DNA from: a virus
Direction: 5' to 3' (one strand)
Length of the DNA: 64,000 bases
Virus record (IMG/VR): IMGVR_UViG_3300044627_003499
Location: 21,711-85,710 of that record
Part shown: one piece after another, positions 36,977-45,930 of the stretch
How the letters are laid out: every line of letters begins with the position of its first letter
Position numbering within the stretch: the stretch's first letter is position 1
The notes under the pieces: model-generated
Told to the model about the DNA's origin: nothing
The model's database searches: none
The model's input: only the letters and a program-made list of their open reading frames with translations
Position numbers and translations under genes: made by a program

Positions 36977-37037
36977 CCAGGCGTGATGTCGGGGGATCAA
37001 ATCCCCCACTCAACAATTGCCACCCACTGAAGGTGGC
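36958..37037 (+). ncRNA. tRNA-mimic element 6 + module X
   Basis: TGTTGAG/CTCAACA stem, TGGTC-atct-GACCA arm, GGGGG-ATCAAAT-CCCCC, GCCACC-cactgaa-GGTGGC. Confidence 0.65.
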
Positions 37038-37054
37038 TTACAACTCAACTCAAC

Positions 37055-37243
37055 ATGACTGCACTCAACCTGCGTAAGAACACTGCTGAGCTTCTAAAGC
37101 TCTCTGCTAAAGCTATCGAGAATGCCAAGGCACCTAACATGTCTATTGTTGGTGCCAAGCTGATCGAGTATCGTATCCGTGCGGCGGCACTCATGATGCC
37201 GAACGACATGGCATTCGTTATCACACCTAAGGCTGACGCATGA
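37055..37243 (+). CDS. hypothetical early protein
   Basis: ORF after an ACTCAACTCAAC leader. Confidence 0.55.
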   Translation: MTALNLRKNTAELLKLSAKAIENAKAPNMSIVGAKLIEYRIRAAALMMPNDMAFVITPKADA

Positions 37244-37456
37244 CTAACAATCAACTTGCACAGCTAATGTCTTTAACAACCGACATGGCTGACTTAGTAC
37301 GTACTACAGGTGATGAAGATCTCTCTGAGATTTTCGATCAACTACTTGTGTACATCAATAAGTTAGAAGACTGACTTTTGACGTTTGCACTAAGGGGTTA
37401 CGGCCCTTTTCTGCAGACCTCATTGTCTGCATTCAATTCACACCACTTGGATTCAC

Positions 37457-37696
37457 ATGACTCCTAAAGCTGTTGAACATTTACTCACGCAGGACGCTCG
37501 CCTGCTTGCCAGGAGAGATGCACCTGTCATTGACCAAGATCTTGAGCAGCAGCGTCAAGCTGCACTCGAAATCTTTTTCAAATGGCAGGATCATGCCTGT
37601 CAATTTGAAGACGTCATACCATTCTGCGTGGTACTCCAACGCCAGGTGAATCTCAACCGAGATTTGCTACGTTGGGAACGCCAAAACGCAGACTGA
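37457..37696 (+). CDS. hypothetical protein
   Basis: 79-aa ORF. Confidence 0.6.
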   Translation: MTPKAVEHLLTQDARLLARRDAPVIDQDLEQQRQAALEIFFKWQDHACQFEDVIPFCVVLQRQVNLNRDLLRWERQNAD

Positions 37697-37790
37697 CTTC
37701 TGTACTTAACCTTCCGTTGATACGAATTCGTATCGGCGGTAGGTTTTCTACAGGACTCAACATCCTGTATCCCATTGTCAATTCAATTCC

Positions 37791-38171
37791 ATGCTGAGCA
37801 ACACCATCATTGGCAACATCACTTACATGGAGAAAGTTCTGCACGAGGGTCGCGAGTTCCTTGCGATCACCATGGCAGTTAACGACATGTACGACGGTGC
37901 TTGCAGAGTCCGGTTCAACAATTCCAACGGGTTGTTGACTGCATACAACAATGGCACACTCGTTGTTGGACACCAGCTCATCCTCAGTCAGTACGACGTG
38001 CGCATTAGCAGCATTCGTACGCACTACCTGAAGGATGGACTGATGCATCAACTCAAGTACCCTGAGCTTGCACTCACTCGAGTGAGGGCTATTATCGGTG
38101 CTGCACCCAGGCCTAAACCTGAGGTTGTGGCACCAACTATCGAACCAACTCTTGAAGAGATTGCGTTCTGA
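37791..38171 (+). CDS. small SSB-like (OB-fold) protein
   Basis: IIGNIT...ITMAVND beta pattern; acidic-aromatic C-terminus LEEIAF. Confidence 0.5.
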   Translation: MLSNTIIGNITYMEKVLHEGREFLAITMAVNDMYDGACRVRFNNSNGLLTAYNNGTLVVGHQLILSQYDVRISSIRTHYLKDGLMHQLKYPELALTRVRAIIGAAPRPKPEVVAPTIEPTLEEIAF

Positions 38172-38266
38172 CTCCTGCTGACTCCTGCATCAAGGGCCTT
38201 GGGTTACCAGGGCTTTTCTTGCAGGACTCAACATCCTGCTCAACATTTGCCCAACATCTTAATCAC

Positions 38267-38928
38267 ATGCCAATTACTATTGACAACCAAGAAATCCAGG
38301 ATGCACTGGAAGAGTTTGACATCCGTCCGACAGATTATTATCTGTCGTTTGACACCAATGTTGTTTACCTCGTTTGGTGTACGAACGGCATTAGAGCCAG
38401 TCGTCTCGTACACAACAACGGATGTATAGACATTGAAATCAAAGGAGTATGGCATGACGAAGTGCCGGAAGGTTTCATCCTTCCTGAATACGTATGTATT
38501 CGGTACATCCTTGCAACTAACTGACATGAAGCAAATTATCTCTCTCGGCAAAGGCCGATTTGTCCACGTTGATTCTTACGGTGCGTCTCATGAGACACGC
38601 CGTGGATCAATCATTGTGGCAGCCTTTGCCATGATCATCTCTGCACTCACTGTCGGTGCCGTACTTGGCATCGACATTACCTCACCCAACACCACCACAC
38701 AACATGGCTATACACATCGCACTGATCGTTGATCGCAGCGGTCGCTATGCCCACGTTTGGGGCGAAGCTCCAAGCTGGAGTAAGTTTTCCGACCAGCTCG
38801 AAGACCTTGGCGCAGAGGTGGTAGAAGAACAAACAGACGACTGGGAAGGCAGTACCAAAGATAAGATCGCTGAAGATTGCGTGGCAATCAACCAGCTTCT
38901 CAGCGGTACGGATTTCCTGCCCCTCTGA
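38267..38928 (+). CDS. three small hypothetical proteins (38267-38524, 38526-38732, 38704-38928)
   Basis: Tightly packed co-oriented ORFs. Confidence 0.5.
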
Positions 38929-39014
38929 TAGCGTCAACAGAACAGACCACACCACACCTGGTACTTGTCATGTGATAGGTACCAGGTACTCTATGCAAGC
39001 AACCAACTCAAACC

Positions 39015-39467
39015 ATGGAAGCACTCAGCCAACTTGACGTTCAAGCCCCTGATCACGTCAGTGTGATTACAAGGGAAGGCAAGGTCACCATCTCCGTTGT
39101 CAAAGACGGAACATCAGTGACTCTTGGATTCCCCATTAAAACTGCAGGGCTTGATACAACCCCCAGACCCCCGCTTCAGCCGCCAGCACCAAAGGTAATG
39201 GCTGTTAAGGAGACCCAGCATTCCACTGCAGTGCAGTTGGAAACATCTTATCTTTCTTTGAAAGGTAAGCACTCTCCCGTTGGCAACTGTAAGTTGACAC
39301 CACAGCAGGTACGTCAAATCAAACTGATACTGACGGATGAACGGTTCATGAAAGCATTTGGTTCTAGGCAACAAGCTTACGAAGCAATTGCCGCTAAGTT
39401 CAACGTCAGTTGCCACACGATCTCCAACATCCACAAAGGACTTGCTTGGAGGAACGTAAGTATCTAA
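39015..39467 (+). CDS. protein with C-terminal HTH (endonuclease-associated DNA-binding type)
   Basis: KLTPQQVRQIK...IAAKFNVSCHTISNIHKGLAW. Confidence 0.65.
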   Translation: MEALSQLDVQAPDHVSVITREGKVTISVVKDGTSVTLGFPIKTAGLDTTPRPPLQPPAPKVMAVKETQHSTAVQLETSYLSLKGKHSPVGNCKLTPQQVRQIKLILTDERFMKAFGSRQQAYEAIAAKFNVSCHTISNIHKGLAWRNVSI

Positions 39468-39496
39468 CACCGCAATAGTATATTTGTACTACGAAT

Positions 39497-39589
39497 GGAC
39501 CTGAGTACACGAAGTGTAGCGACACAATGTGTTCCTTTGTTTTCAATGGAATGCATTGTGTTACCACCTTCGGTGTCCTTAAACTGCTC
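39497..39589 (+). ncRNA. expanded copy of the recurrent pseudoknot motif
   Basis: GGAC-CT-GAGTA-[67-nt multi-hairpin insert]-GTCC-TTAAAC-TGCTC. Confidence 0.55.
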
Positions 39590-39612
39590 AACACACCACT
39601 GCAATTCACACG

Positions 39613-39816
39613 ATGAGAGACCCTGACTTCATTGATGAACAACGCAATGCTGATGCCCTTGACGCAATGGCTGATCGTGCATACGAATTGGAAGAAGCCA
39701 TGCGTGAAGCAGAACAAGATGGTTGGACAGGTGTTTTCAATGATGAGATATCAAATGAAGAACGTTACGCATGTGACCATTACAACGAGAGGTATGTAAT
39801 CAATGACTACCACTAA
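39613..39816 (+). CDS. small acidic hypothetical protein
   Basis: 67-aa ORF. Confidence 0.55.
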   Translation: MRDPDFIDEQRNADALDAMADRAYELEEAMREAEQDGWTGVFNDEISNEERYACDHYNERYVINDYH

Positions 39817-39897
39817 ACAAATCTGGGATGAAAGCCCAGTGCTACTAGGTATTGTCCTGGTATCAATCACAGTCACACTCATTGGAGATTTCATTAA

Positions 39898-40251
39898 ATG
39901 CCTACTGCAAATCCATTTGCCAAGACAGAATCAGCTCGTCGTTGGATCAGTAGTTACAACTGGACAACCGAGCTTGAAGACAAAGAACCAACTACGATCA
40001 CACTCCACGAATGCACCATGCATTACGGTGGACCAGAAGAAGGAGGATGGTATTGGGAATCAGGTTGGCCCATCAAAACAATCTGTGTCTTCTCCAAGAA
40101 GCAAGCCATCCGCGAAGCAATCGAACTCGAAGAGTACGCACTCGAAACCATTGGTGACAAGAAGGACAACCTTGGATGGCCCCAATGGTGTGTTAGTTTC
40201 TCCAACGAGTACGCCAAAGCGTACCCCGAAGAACGTCCGTACTACTGCTGA
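39898..40251 (+). CDS. hypothetical protein
   Basis: YGGPEEGGWYW...YPEERPYYC, a motif typical of a phage family. Confidence 0.65.
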   Translation: MPTANPFAKTESARRWISSYNWTTELEDKEPTTITLHECTMHYGGPEEGGWYWESGWPIKTICVFSKKQAIREAIELEEYALETIGDKKDNLGWPQWCVSFSNEYAKAYPEERPYYC

Positions 40252-40505
40252 TGTCAAATCAACTGGACCTGCCCAGGCTTGATCCCAAGATCAGGCTGAC
40301 AATCAACCAACGCAACATCTGGTTTTACTTTCTGAATCACAGGAAGAAGTACAAGAACTTACCTTGTTATGTACCAAAGCTTCCGATGCAGGAGACCAGG
40401 CGTCAAGACTATTACACAGCCTTGGAAAGGTTGGAGCAATACGGATTGATACGCGTGGACAGAACCAGTCGTAACTACACGGGCTGGATCATGCTTGATC
40501 CCTGA
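40251..40505 (+). CDS. winged-helix-like hypothetical protein
   Basis: LTINQRNIW...ALERLEQYGLIRVDR. Confidence 0.55.
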   Translation: MSNQLDLPRLDPKIRLTINQRNIWFYFLNHRKKYKNLPCYVPKLPMQETRRQDYYTALERLEQYGLIRVDRTSRNYTGWIMLDP

Positions 40506-40681
40506 CCAATATATAAGTTTTGCTTATATCTCATTCGCTATTTGCGAATAGCGAACAAAGGGTATTGCCAGATAACTACTGGCCTACCCCCCGAACCCCC
40601 CGCTGTTCAGTACCAGGGGGGATCCTTAGATGTACATACGTTATATCCATTTACTCCCACCATTCACTCATCAACTCAATC

Positions 40682-41014
40682 ATGGCTAGAACCAAGTCTT
40701 CACTTAGCAAAGGACAACCATCACCAGACTATCCCCAAGGTAAACACACAGTTACATTCACTGACCTTGAAGAAGATGACTGGTGGCTAATCACCAACAT
40801 GTTCAAAGGTCGTATTGAAATGATGTCCCATCGTTTGCTTGAGATTGAACGATCGAATGATCCTGATGTCATTCATAACACAGCTCCTTGGTACGAAGAA
40901 ACAATTGCAAGATTGATCACAAGACTTGAAGAGTTTGAAGACCAGATTAGTCCTGTGTATTTCAAACGTAAACGAGCAGAGCATGCTGCTCGTAACAAAC
41001 AACCTAACAAGTAA
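40682..41014 (+). CDS. hypothetical protein
   Basis: ATG 40682 after an AACTCAATC leader. Confidence 0.6.
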   Translation: MARTKSSLSKGQPSPDYPQGKHTVTFTDLEEDDWWLITNMFKGRIEMMSHRLLEIERSNDPDVIHNTAPWYEETIARLITRLEEFEDQISPVYFKRKRAEHAARNKQPNK

Positions 41015-41015
41015 T

Positions 41016-41047
41016 ACCTGGGCATCCGTAAGGTATAAGTCCCAGGT
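41016..41047 (+). ncRNA. CTGGGCAT...TRTAAGTCCCAG structured motif (other copies at 42175-42209 and, on the minus strand, 13118-13145)
   Basis: Conserved outer stem and internal loop with a variable inner hairpin; each copy lies directly after a TAA stop. Confidence 0.5.
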
Positions 41048-41076
41048 GTACACTCCATTCATTCATCAACTCAACC

Positions 41077-42654
41077 ATGGAACAATCACAGAAGTATCCA
41101 ACGATTGATTGGACTAAGAACGAATATTACCAAGTGCAACGTGCATTGGAGATCCTCCAACATGTTGTTGATCGTGAATCAAAACGTCACGAGATGAATC
41201 AACATCTCACACACAGCATGCTCAGCATGTTGGAAGATGAGATCATCCCAATGCTCAGTAACGAACTTGACTGTGACGGTGGACCAAGCGATGACGAAAT
41301 CTGCGGTGAACCACCGATGACGGCAGACGAAATGTACACTGCTGCATTGCTTCAGCACCAGGAGCTTCACTCCTAACCAAACATTAAGAGAATCTGTAAG
41401 TCTGCCTTGGATTTTACATTCAGGGTAGACTGACCCTGCTTAACTCATTCCGCAAAACACACATCAGATGTCCGACAAACCACGCATTCCCGACGCACTT
41501 GACATGCAACGTCTGCATGCCATGCAGCTCGTCGCCAAGATGAAAGAAGCTGCTGATAAACAAGGTGTCCAATTCATCGGGGGTTTTGTCACCCCCGATG
41601 GAGAAAAATTTGTAATGACCAATATGGATGAAGATGATCAACGTATGCTCATGCCTGAGGAACTCAAGTGACTAACCAACACCTAATCATCCCACCGCGG
41701 GAGCTACTGGATAAGTGGTTCAACTTACCGATGAGTACTCAGGAAATCTTCGTGGTTGCCGCCCAATGGGGCGCCGACCAGGAGCTAAAGGCGTGCGTCG
41801 GATGGCTTGACCGAAATGGTTACTTCGATTCTGCGCATGACCTCGGCGCCGCCCGCCGCTCTAAGCCGCCGAGCTTAAAGGAGCAAGGGTTGACAGCACT
41901 GAAACTACTGAAGCAACGAACTACAGATCCAAACATTATCGAACCGCTTAGCCAAGCAGTGGAGCAACTCGATGACTAAAGACAAATCACCAATCAACTT
42001 TGACAAGACAATTGCTGGCTTTAACATAACTGAGCACGGCGTTAAGTCTTATACCAAGTCAATTAAACTTGGTCCGTTCCAGGTTACACTCAACGCTCGT
42101 GGCTCTGGTGTCAGAGGATCTATCAGTATCCCTGGCACAGGCATAAGCAAACGTAACATCCAACTGTTCTAATAGCTGGGCATCACCACTACGGTGTGTA
42201 AGTCCCAGCATTTACCTTACGCTCAACTCAACATGGATTCACTCACACTATTTGATCGCATCAATCTTGCAAAGTGTGCACAGTTGCGGGCAGAAGCTCG
42301 CGTCTGTGACAACGACGGATTCCTTGCGGAGTATACCACTGCACGCATGTGGACTAAGTACCGATGCTACATCACCAAAACATATTCATTCGTGGAGTCT
42401 GACTGATGTCTGTCCTTGCAATCGAATCAACCATTATCGATGATGACTATGTCACAGTTGAAGCAATTGTCGATGACATGCGTTGCATCTATGCAGCGAC
42501 TTACTCAAGCCCTGCTGAGTACGCTCCGGCACTTTGCCGAGCTAGTTTCTTCTTGGGTGATGACACCATCCCTACTGATGAAGATGGCTTTTGCCGTTAT
42601 CTTGACGCATGCCAGCTTGAGTGGGAACCCATTGATCTAGGTAACGACGAATGA
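41077..42654 (+). CDS. cluster of small hypothetical proteins (41077-41376, 41468-41671, 41668-41979, 41972-42172, 42233-42406, 42406-42654)
   Basis: Co-oriented coupled ORFs; 41972-42172 resembles DUF4236 (KSIKLGPF...SISIPGTGIS). Confidence 0.55.
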
Positions 42655-42828
42655 TTGGATTCTCCATCGAATTTAAACGCTGGTACATCACAGTGCGTGG
42701 TCCCATGGGCAGGGTATATCTCTGCACTGGGTTTGCCAAACGCCTGCCAGTGTTTTTCTCACCACAACAATCAATTGCATTTGATGACTACATCAATGAT
42801 GATGAAGACTATGGTGTAAGGTAACACC

Positions 42829-42855
42829 ACGTCCTAGGCATGACGTTAAACTGCT
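42829..42855 (+). ncRNA. recurrent H-type pseudoknot motif (copies at 43759-43786, 52654-52680, 55585-55610, 59819-59846)
   Basis: CGTC-CY-RRGCA-T-GACG-TTAAAC-TGCT; GGTCA/TGACC compensatory variant at 59819. Confidence 0.7.
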
Positions 42856-42881
42856 CATCATTTTAATTCAATTGCACACCC

Positions 42882-43754
42882 ATGGACTTTAAAAGTATTA
42901 ATGCTGCTTTTGATATTGATAAAGTGAGGCACCGCGCTGCCATGCATTATCAAAAGTACAAGTCACCTTCAGGTTACCCAAACTGGTTAAAGATACTTGA
43001 CAAAGTTGACATAGCTCATAACGTAATTCATGAAGTCCAAAAGGAAATTGGTAGCTTTGGATTGACACGAGAGTTATCTCAAGAAGAGAATGCTGCCTTG
43101 GTTGTTACAGGCGCTATTGCATCATTGTCTCCACCTATTTGCGTGCATGAAAACATAATAGAAGCGCTTGCAAATACAGATGTTAAGCCAATGGAAACAC
43201 CTGAATATGCATTGCCGTTCTTTATATTTCTTTTGCCAAAAGATTTCAAGTTTACAACTAAACTACCTGACTACCAAGGTTTTGATTTAAATTTTTATGT
43301 AGCATTTGCTGCATGTATTCCTGACTGTGTGAAAGTAACTTACATAAGTGAAACTACTGTTTGTTATGGTTCATACCAATGGACTGAAATTATTACAGAA
43401 AAAGATGGAGCCAAGGAAGAAGATTACATCCTGGAAAAGTTCATGAAAAATCTGATACTTATGTATATGTATGAGCCCAAGTATTTGACAGAAGAAACCA
43501 TTAAGCTACCCACAAAGGGCAAAGGCTTTGGTTCTAGTGAAAAAGATAAGCCATTCCAAATGCGTTGGCTAGGTAAAAACTATAAGCAAGTACGACAAAC
43601 AATTGTATACAAAGACAATACTGTTGATCCAGATAACAAACGATCTGTCCGAGCACATTGGCGTCGTGGACATTGGCACACAGTATGCCATGGCCCCAAA
43701 CACAAACAACGCAAGCAACAGTGGTTTAAACCTGTGTTTGTTAATCAGGATTAA
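42882..43754 (+). CDS. hypothetical protein with C-terminal RAHWRRGHW motif
   Basis: 290-aa AT-rich ORF flanked by direct repeats. Confidence 0.7.
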   Translation: MDFKSINAAFDIDKVRHRAAMHYQKYKSPSGYPNWLKILDKVDIAHNVIHEVQKEIGSFGLTRELSQEENAALVVTGAIASLSPPICVHENIIEALANTDVKPMETPEYALPFFIFLLPKDFKFTTKLPDYQGFDLNFYVAFAACIPDCVKVTYISETTVCYGSYQWTEIITEKDGAKEEDYILEKFMKNLILMYMYEPKYLTEETIKLPTKGKGFGSSEKDKPFQMRWLGKNYKQVRQTIVYKDNTVDPDNKRSVRAHWRRGHWHTVCHGPKHKQRKQQWFKPVFVNQD

Positions 43755-43821
43755 CACCACGTCCCAAGCATGACGTTAAACTGCTTACACTTTACACTAC
43801 GAACTCAACCCTGAATTCACC

Positions 43822-45564
43822 ATGGAATTTCGTCTTCCGACCAATCTTCAGAACGAACTTATCCCTTACGATCCAACGCTCAAGAAGTTGGTACGTACTG
43901 AGAAGCAAGCCAAAACAACTACCAAGAAATCTAAATATCCACTTGGTAATCCACCACAGTTAATGCCATTGGATATTGTAAGAGAATCGTTGCAGCAAGA
44001 AGCAGTTGATACTATTAATGCATCAGCTGCTCCTGATAGGCACCATGAATTCAGGTTGCCTGTCGGTAACATTCCCAACGTAGAGTACGTTGTCCATGCA
44101 GTGATGTACCACTACGAAGGCGTATGGGTAGCAGCATGGCTGCCACCTAAAGGCAAGGAGAATGACTATGTATACGGCTACACTTACTGCTTTAAGGACA
44201 CAGCCGCTACCCGTAAGATGCTCGATTACCAGGTTAAAAATCACCTGGAACAATACACTATATCAGAAATTGGTCGCTCTAATTATTACTACAAGACCGA
44301 ATTAGTTACCAAGCAAAACATCATTGATGGTAATGATATAACCCGTTGGATGTATAGCGTTGGTAGCTGGAACGCAAAGGGTAGGAACATTGCATCAATG
44401 CTTGGGCGTTTTAGGGATGCACTTAAGAAAACAATTCCAACCTGGTCAGACGGTCGCGGTATCTTTGATCGCATTAAAACTTCTCGTAACCTATACAGCT
44501 TGCTTAGTGAAGATCGTAACTTGAATTGTAACTATTGGATCAAATATGAAAAAGATTTCGGGCAGACTAAAGAACAATGGTCTGCATCAGTTGCATCTTT
44601 GTTCCACATGATTGATTACTATGTAAATGTGCCTCACTATAATCCGCTCAGCGAATTTGTACGCGTTCGTCATATCCTTGATAAACCATTCTTCCGCAAG
44701 TGGATCCAAGATAAATGTAATGAGATTAATACAAAGTACCAAGATGAATCAGTAGATAGTATGGCTACAATCCGCAAGCCTTGGTTGTTAATCAAAGAGC
44801 TTGTCAAGGGTATTCATTATGTCCATTCAATCTGGGGTGATGCAGTTCCACTGGATTACTACCAGTCAAACATTGATAACTTGATGGGCATTGAATCTTG
44901 GAACGCTGTACCAACAATTGTTATTACGTGGCTAGCTAAACATATGCCAGTTGCTTCATTCTTCCAAATGCGTTGTAAGTATTACTTGGAACAGAAGGCT
45001 GCTCCACAACGTAGTTACGACTATGAGCATCAGCTTGGCATATATCAGTACCGATTCCGTGAATGGGAAGATACATGCAGCATGCTTAATCAAATCCTCA
45101 GCAACGACAAAACAATTGATCCGCCTAAGCGTTGGCGCATCACTGAATTCCATGACCATGTGCAAGCAGAAGCATGGAAGATTCAAAATCCCAATCACAA
45201 ACTTCCACAAGATCTATTCCCTGCACCAATCAAGGTGCAGCACGCTGATCAGAACTGGTCATTCTTCCAGCCATTTGACACCCATCAATTGGCACAGTGG
45301 GGCCAGGCCGTACGTAACTGCGTGGGTAATGCCAGCAGTTATGCCGAAAATGTACGCAAGAAACAACACTTCATTGTGTTGTGTATGGTCGATGGTGCAC
45401 CACGCTTTACCATCCAACTCGAAGTCAACATGGGACTTATGAGTGTCAAACAGATTGTTGGGATGCACAACTCCAGGCTGACGGAAGCAGACCGTGATCT
45501 GTACTCAGCAGCTTTCCGTCAGGCCTTGCAATCCCGCGAGAAACAGCTAAGCTCTAATAGCTGA
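43822..45564 (+). CDS. PcfJ-like domain protein
   Basis: C-terminal L..WG..VRNCVG...Y...V motif and FTIQL...VKQI.G..N. Confidence 0.75.
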   Translation: MEFRLPTNLQNELIPYDPTLKKLVRTEKQAKTTTKKSKYPLGNPPQLMPLDIVRESLQQEAVDTINASAAPDRHHEFRLPVGNIPNVEYVVHAVMYHYEGVWVAAWLPPKGKENDYVYGYTYCFKDTAATRKMLDYQVKNHLEQYTISEIGRSNYYYKTELVTKQNIIDGNDITRWMYSVGSWNAKGRNIASMLGRFRDALKKTIPTWSDGRGIFDRIKTSRNLYSLLSEDRNLNCNYWIKYEKDFGQTKEQWSASVASLFHMIDYYVNVPHYNPLSEFVRVRHILDKPFFRKWIQDKCNEINTKYQDESVDSMATIRKPWLLIKELVKGIHYVHSIWGDAVPLDYYQSNIDNLMGIESWNAVPTIVITWLAKHMPVASFFQMRCKYYLEQKAAPQRSYDYEHQLGIYQYRFREWEDTCSMLNQILSNDKTIDPPKRWRITEFHDHVQAEAWKIQNPNHKLPQDLFPAPIKVQHADQNWSFFQPFDTHQLAQWGQAVRNCVGNASSYAENVRKKQHFIVLCMVDGAPRFTIQLEVNMGLMSVKQIVGMHNSRLTEADRDLYSAAFRQALQSREKQLSSNS

Positions 45565-45612
45565 AGCCACAGCAGGGCCATCGTATTCTCGTTATAGGTG
45601 GCCCTTTCTCTA

Positions 45613-45840
45613 ATGCCTGATTACACTGACGATCAACTACTTGCCATGGCAATGGCAAACCTTGGTGAGTACATTCATGACAACTCACCGCATTACATTC
45701 TGATTGAAGAAGATCCTCGCAATGAGGATGACTACGACACGTGGGACTATGGCACTGAGCCATTACCACATGATCACACTTGGCAACACACATCAATTGA
45801 TGTGAGTGTAAGCCCAAGTGAGGGGGACATGGCGGAATAG
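45613..45840 (+). CDS. small acidic hypothetical protein
   Basis: ORF whose 3' end overlaps the tRNA. Confidence 0.45.
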   Translation: MPDYTDDQLLAMAMANLGEYIHDNSPHYILIEEDPRNEDDYDTWDYGTEPLPHDHTWQHTSIDVSVSPSEGDMAE

Positions 45841-45908
45841 GTAGACGCAACGGACTTAAAATCCGTAGGCCATTGGCTGTGAGAGTTCAAGTCTCTCTGT
45901 CCCTACCA
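45823..45908 (+). tRNA. trnL: tRNA-Leu(UAA), intronless, with encoded CCA
   Basis: GGGGACA/TGTCCCT acceptor, D-arm with GG, ACGGA-CTTAAAA-TCCGT anticodon arm, long variable arm, GAGAG-TTCAAGT-CTCTC T-arm, A-CCA. Confidence 0.95.
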
Positions 45909-45930
45909 ACCCACACAAGAGCTCAACACC

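Larger units (their letters stand above)
37383..38239 (+). repeat. three copies of an A-hairpin-A'-A structured intergenic motif (37383-37431, 37698-37769, 38183-38239)
   Basis: Central TRCAGRM strand complementary to both an upstream and a downstream segment; each copy follows a TGA stop. Confidence 0.6.

Noticed and set aside
35327-37037. Calling the T-arm-containing repeats true tRNA genes
   Set aside because: No anticodon arm with a 7-nt loop, no canonical D-arm, too short, and the 5' strands overlap coding sequence
35327-38239. CRISPR array
   Set aside because: The repeats are divergent and separated by 150-450-nt ORF-containing segments, not uniform spacers; no cas genes
39803-40282. 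159-aa ORF enclosing 39898-40251
   Set aside because: The nested frame has the recognisable motif and is coupled to the next gene; the long frame may be partly real (hydrophobic N-terminus) but cannot be supported
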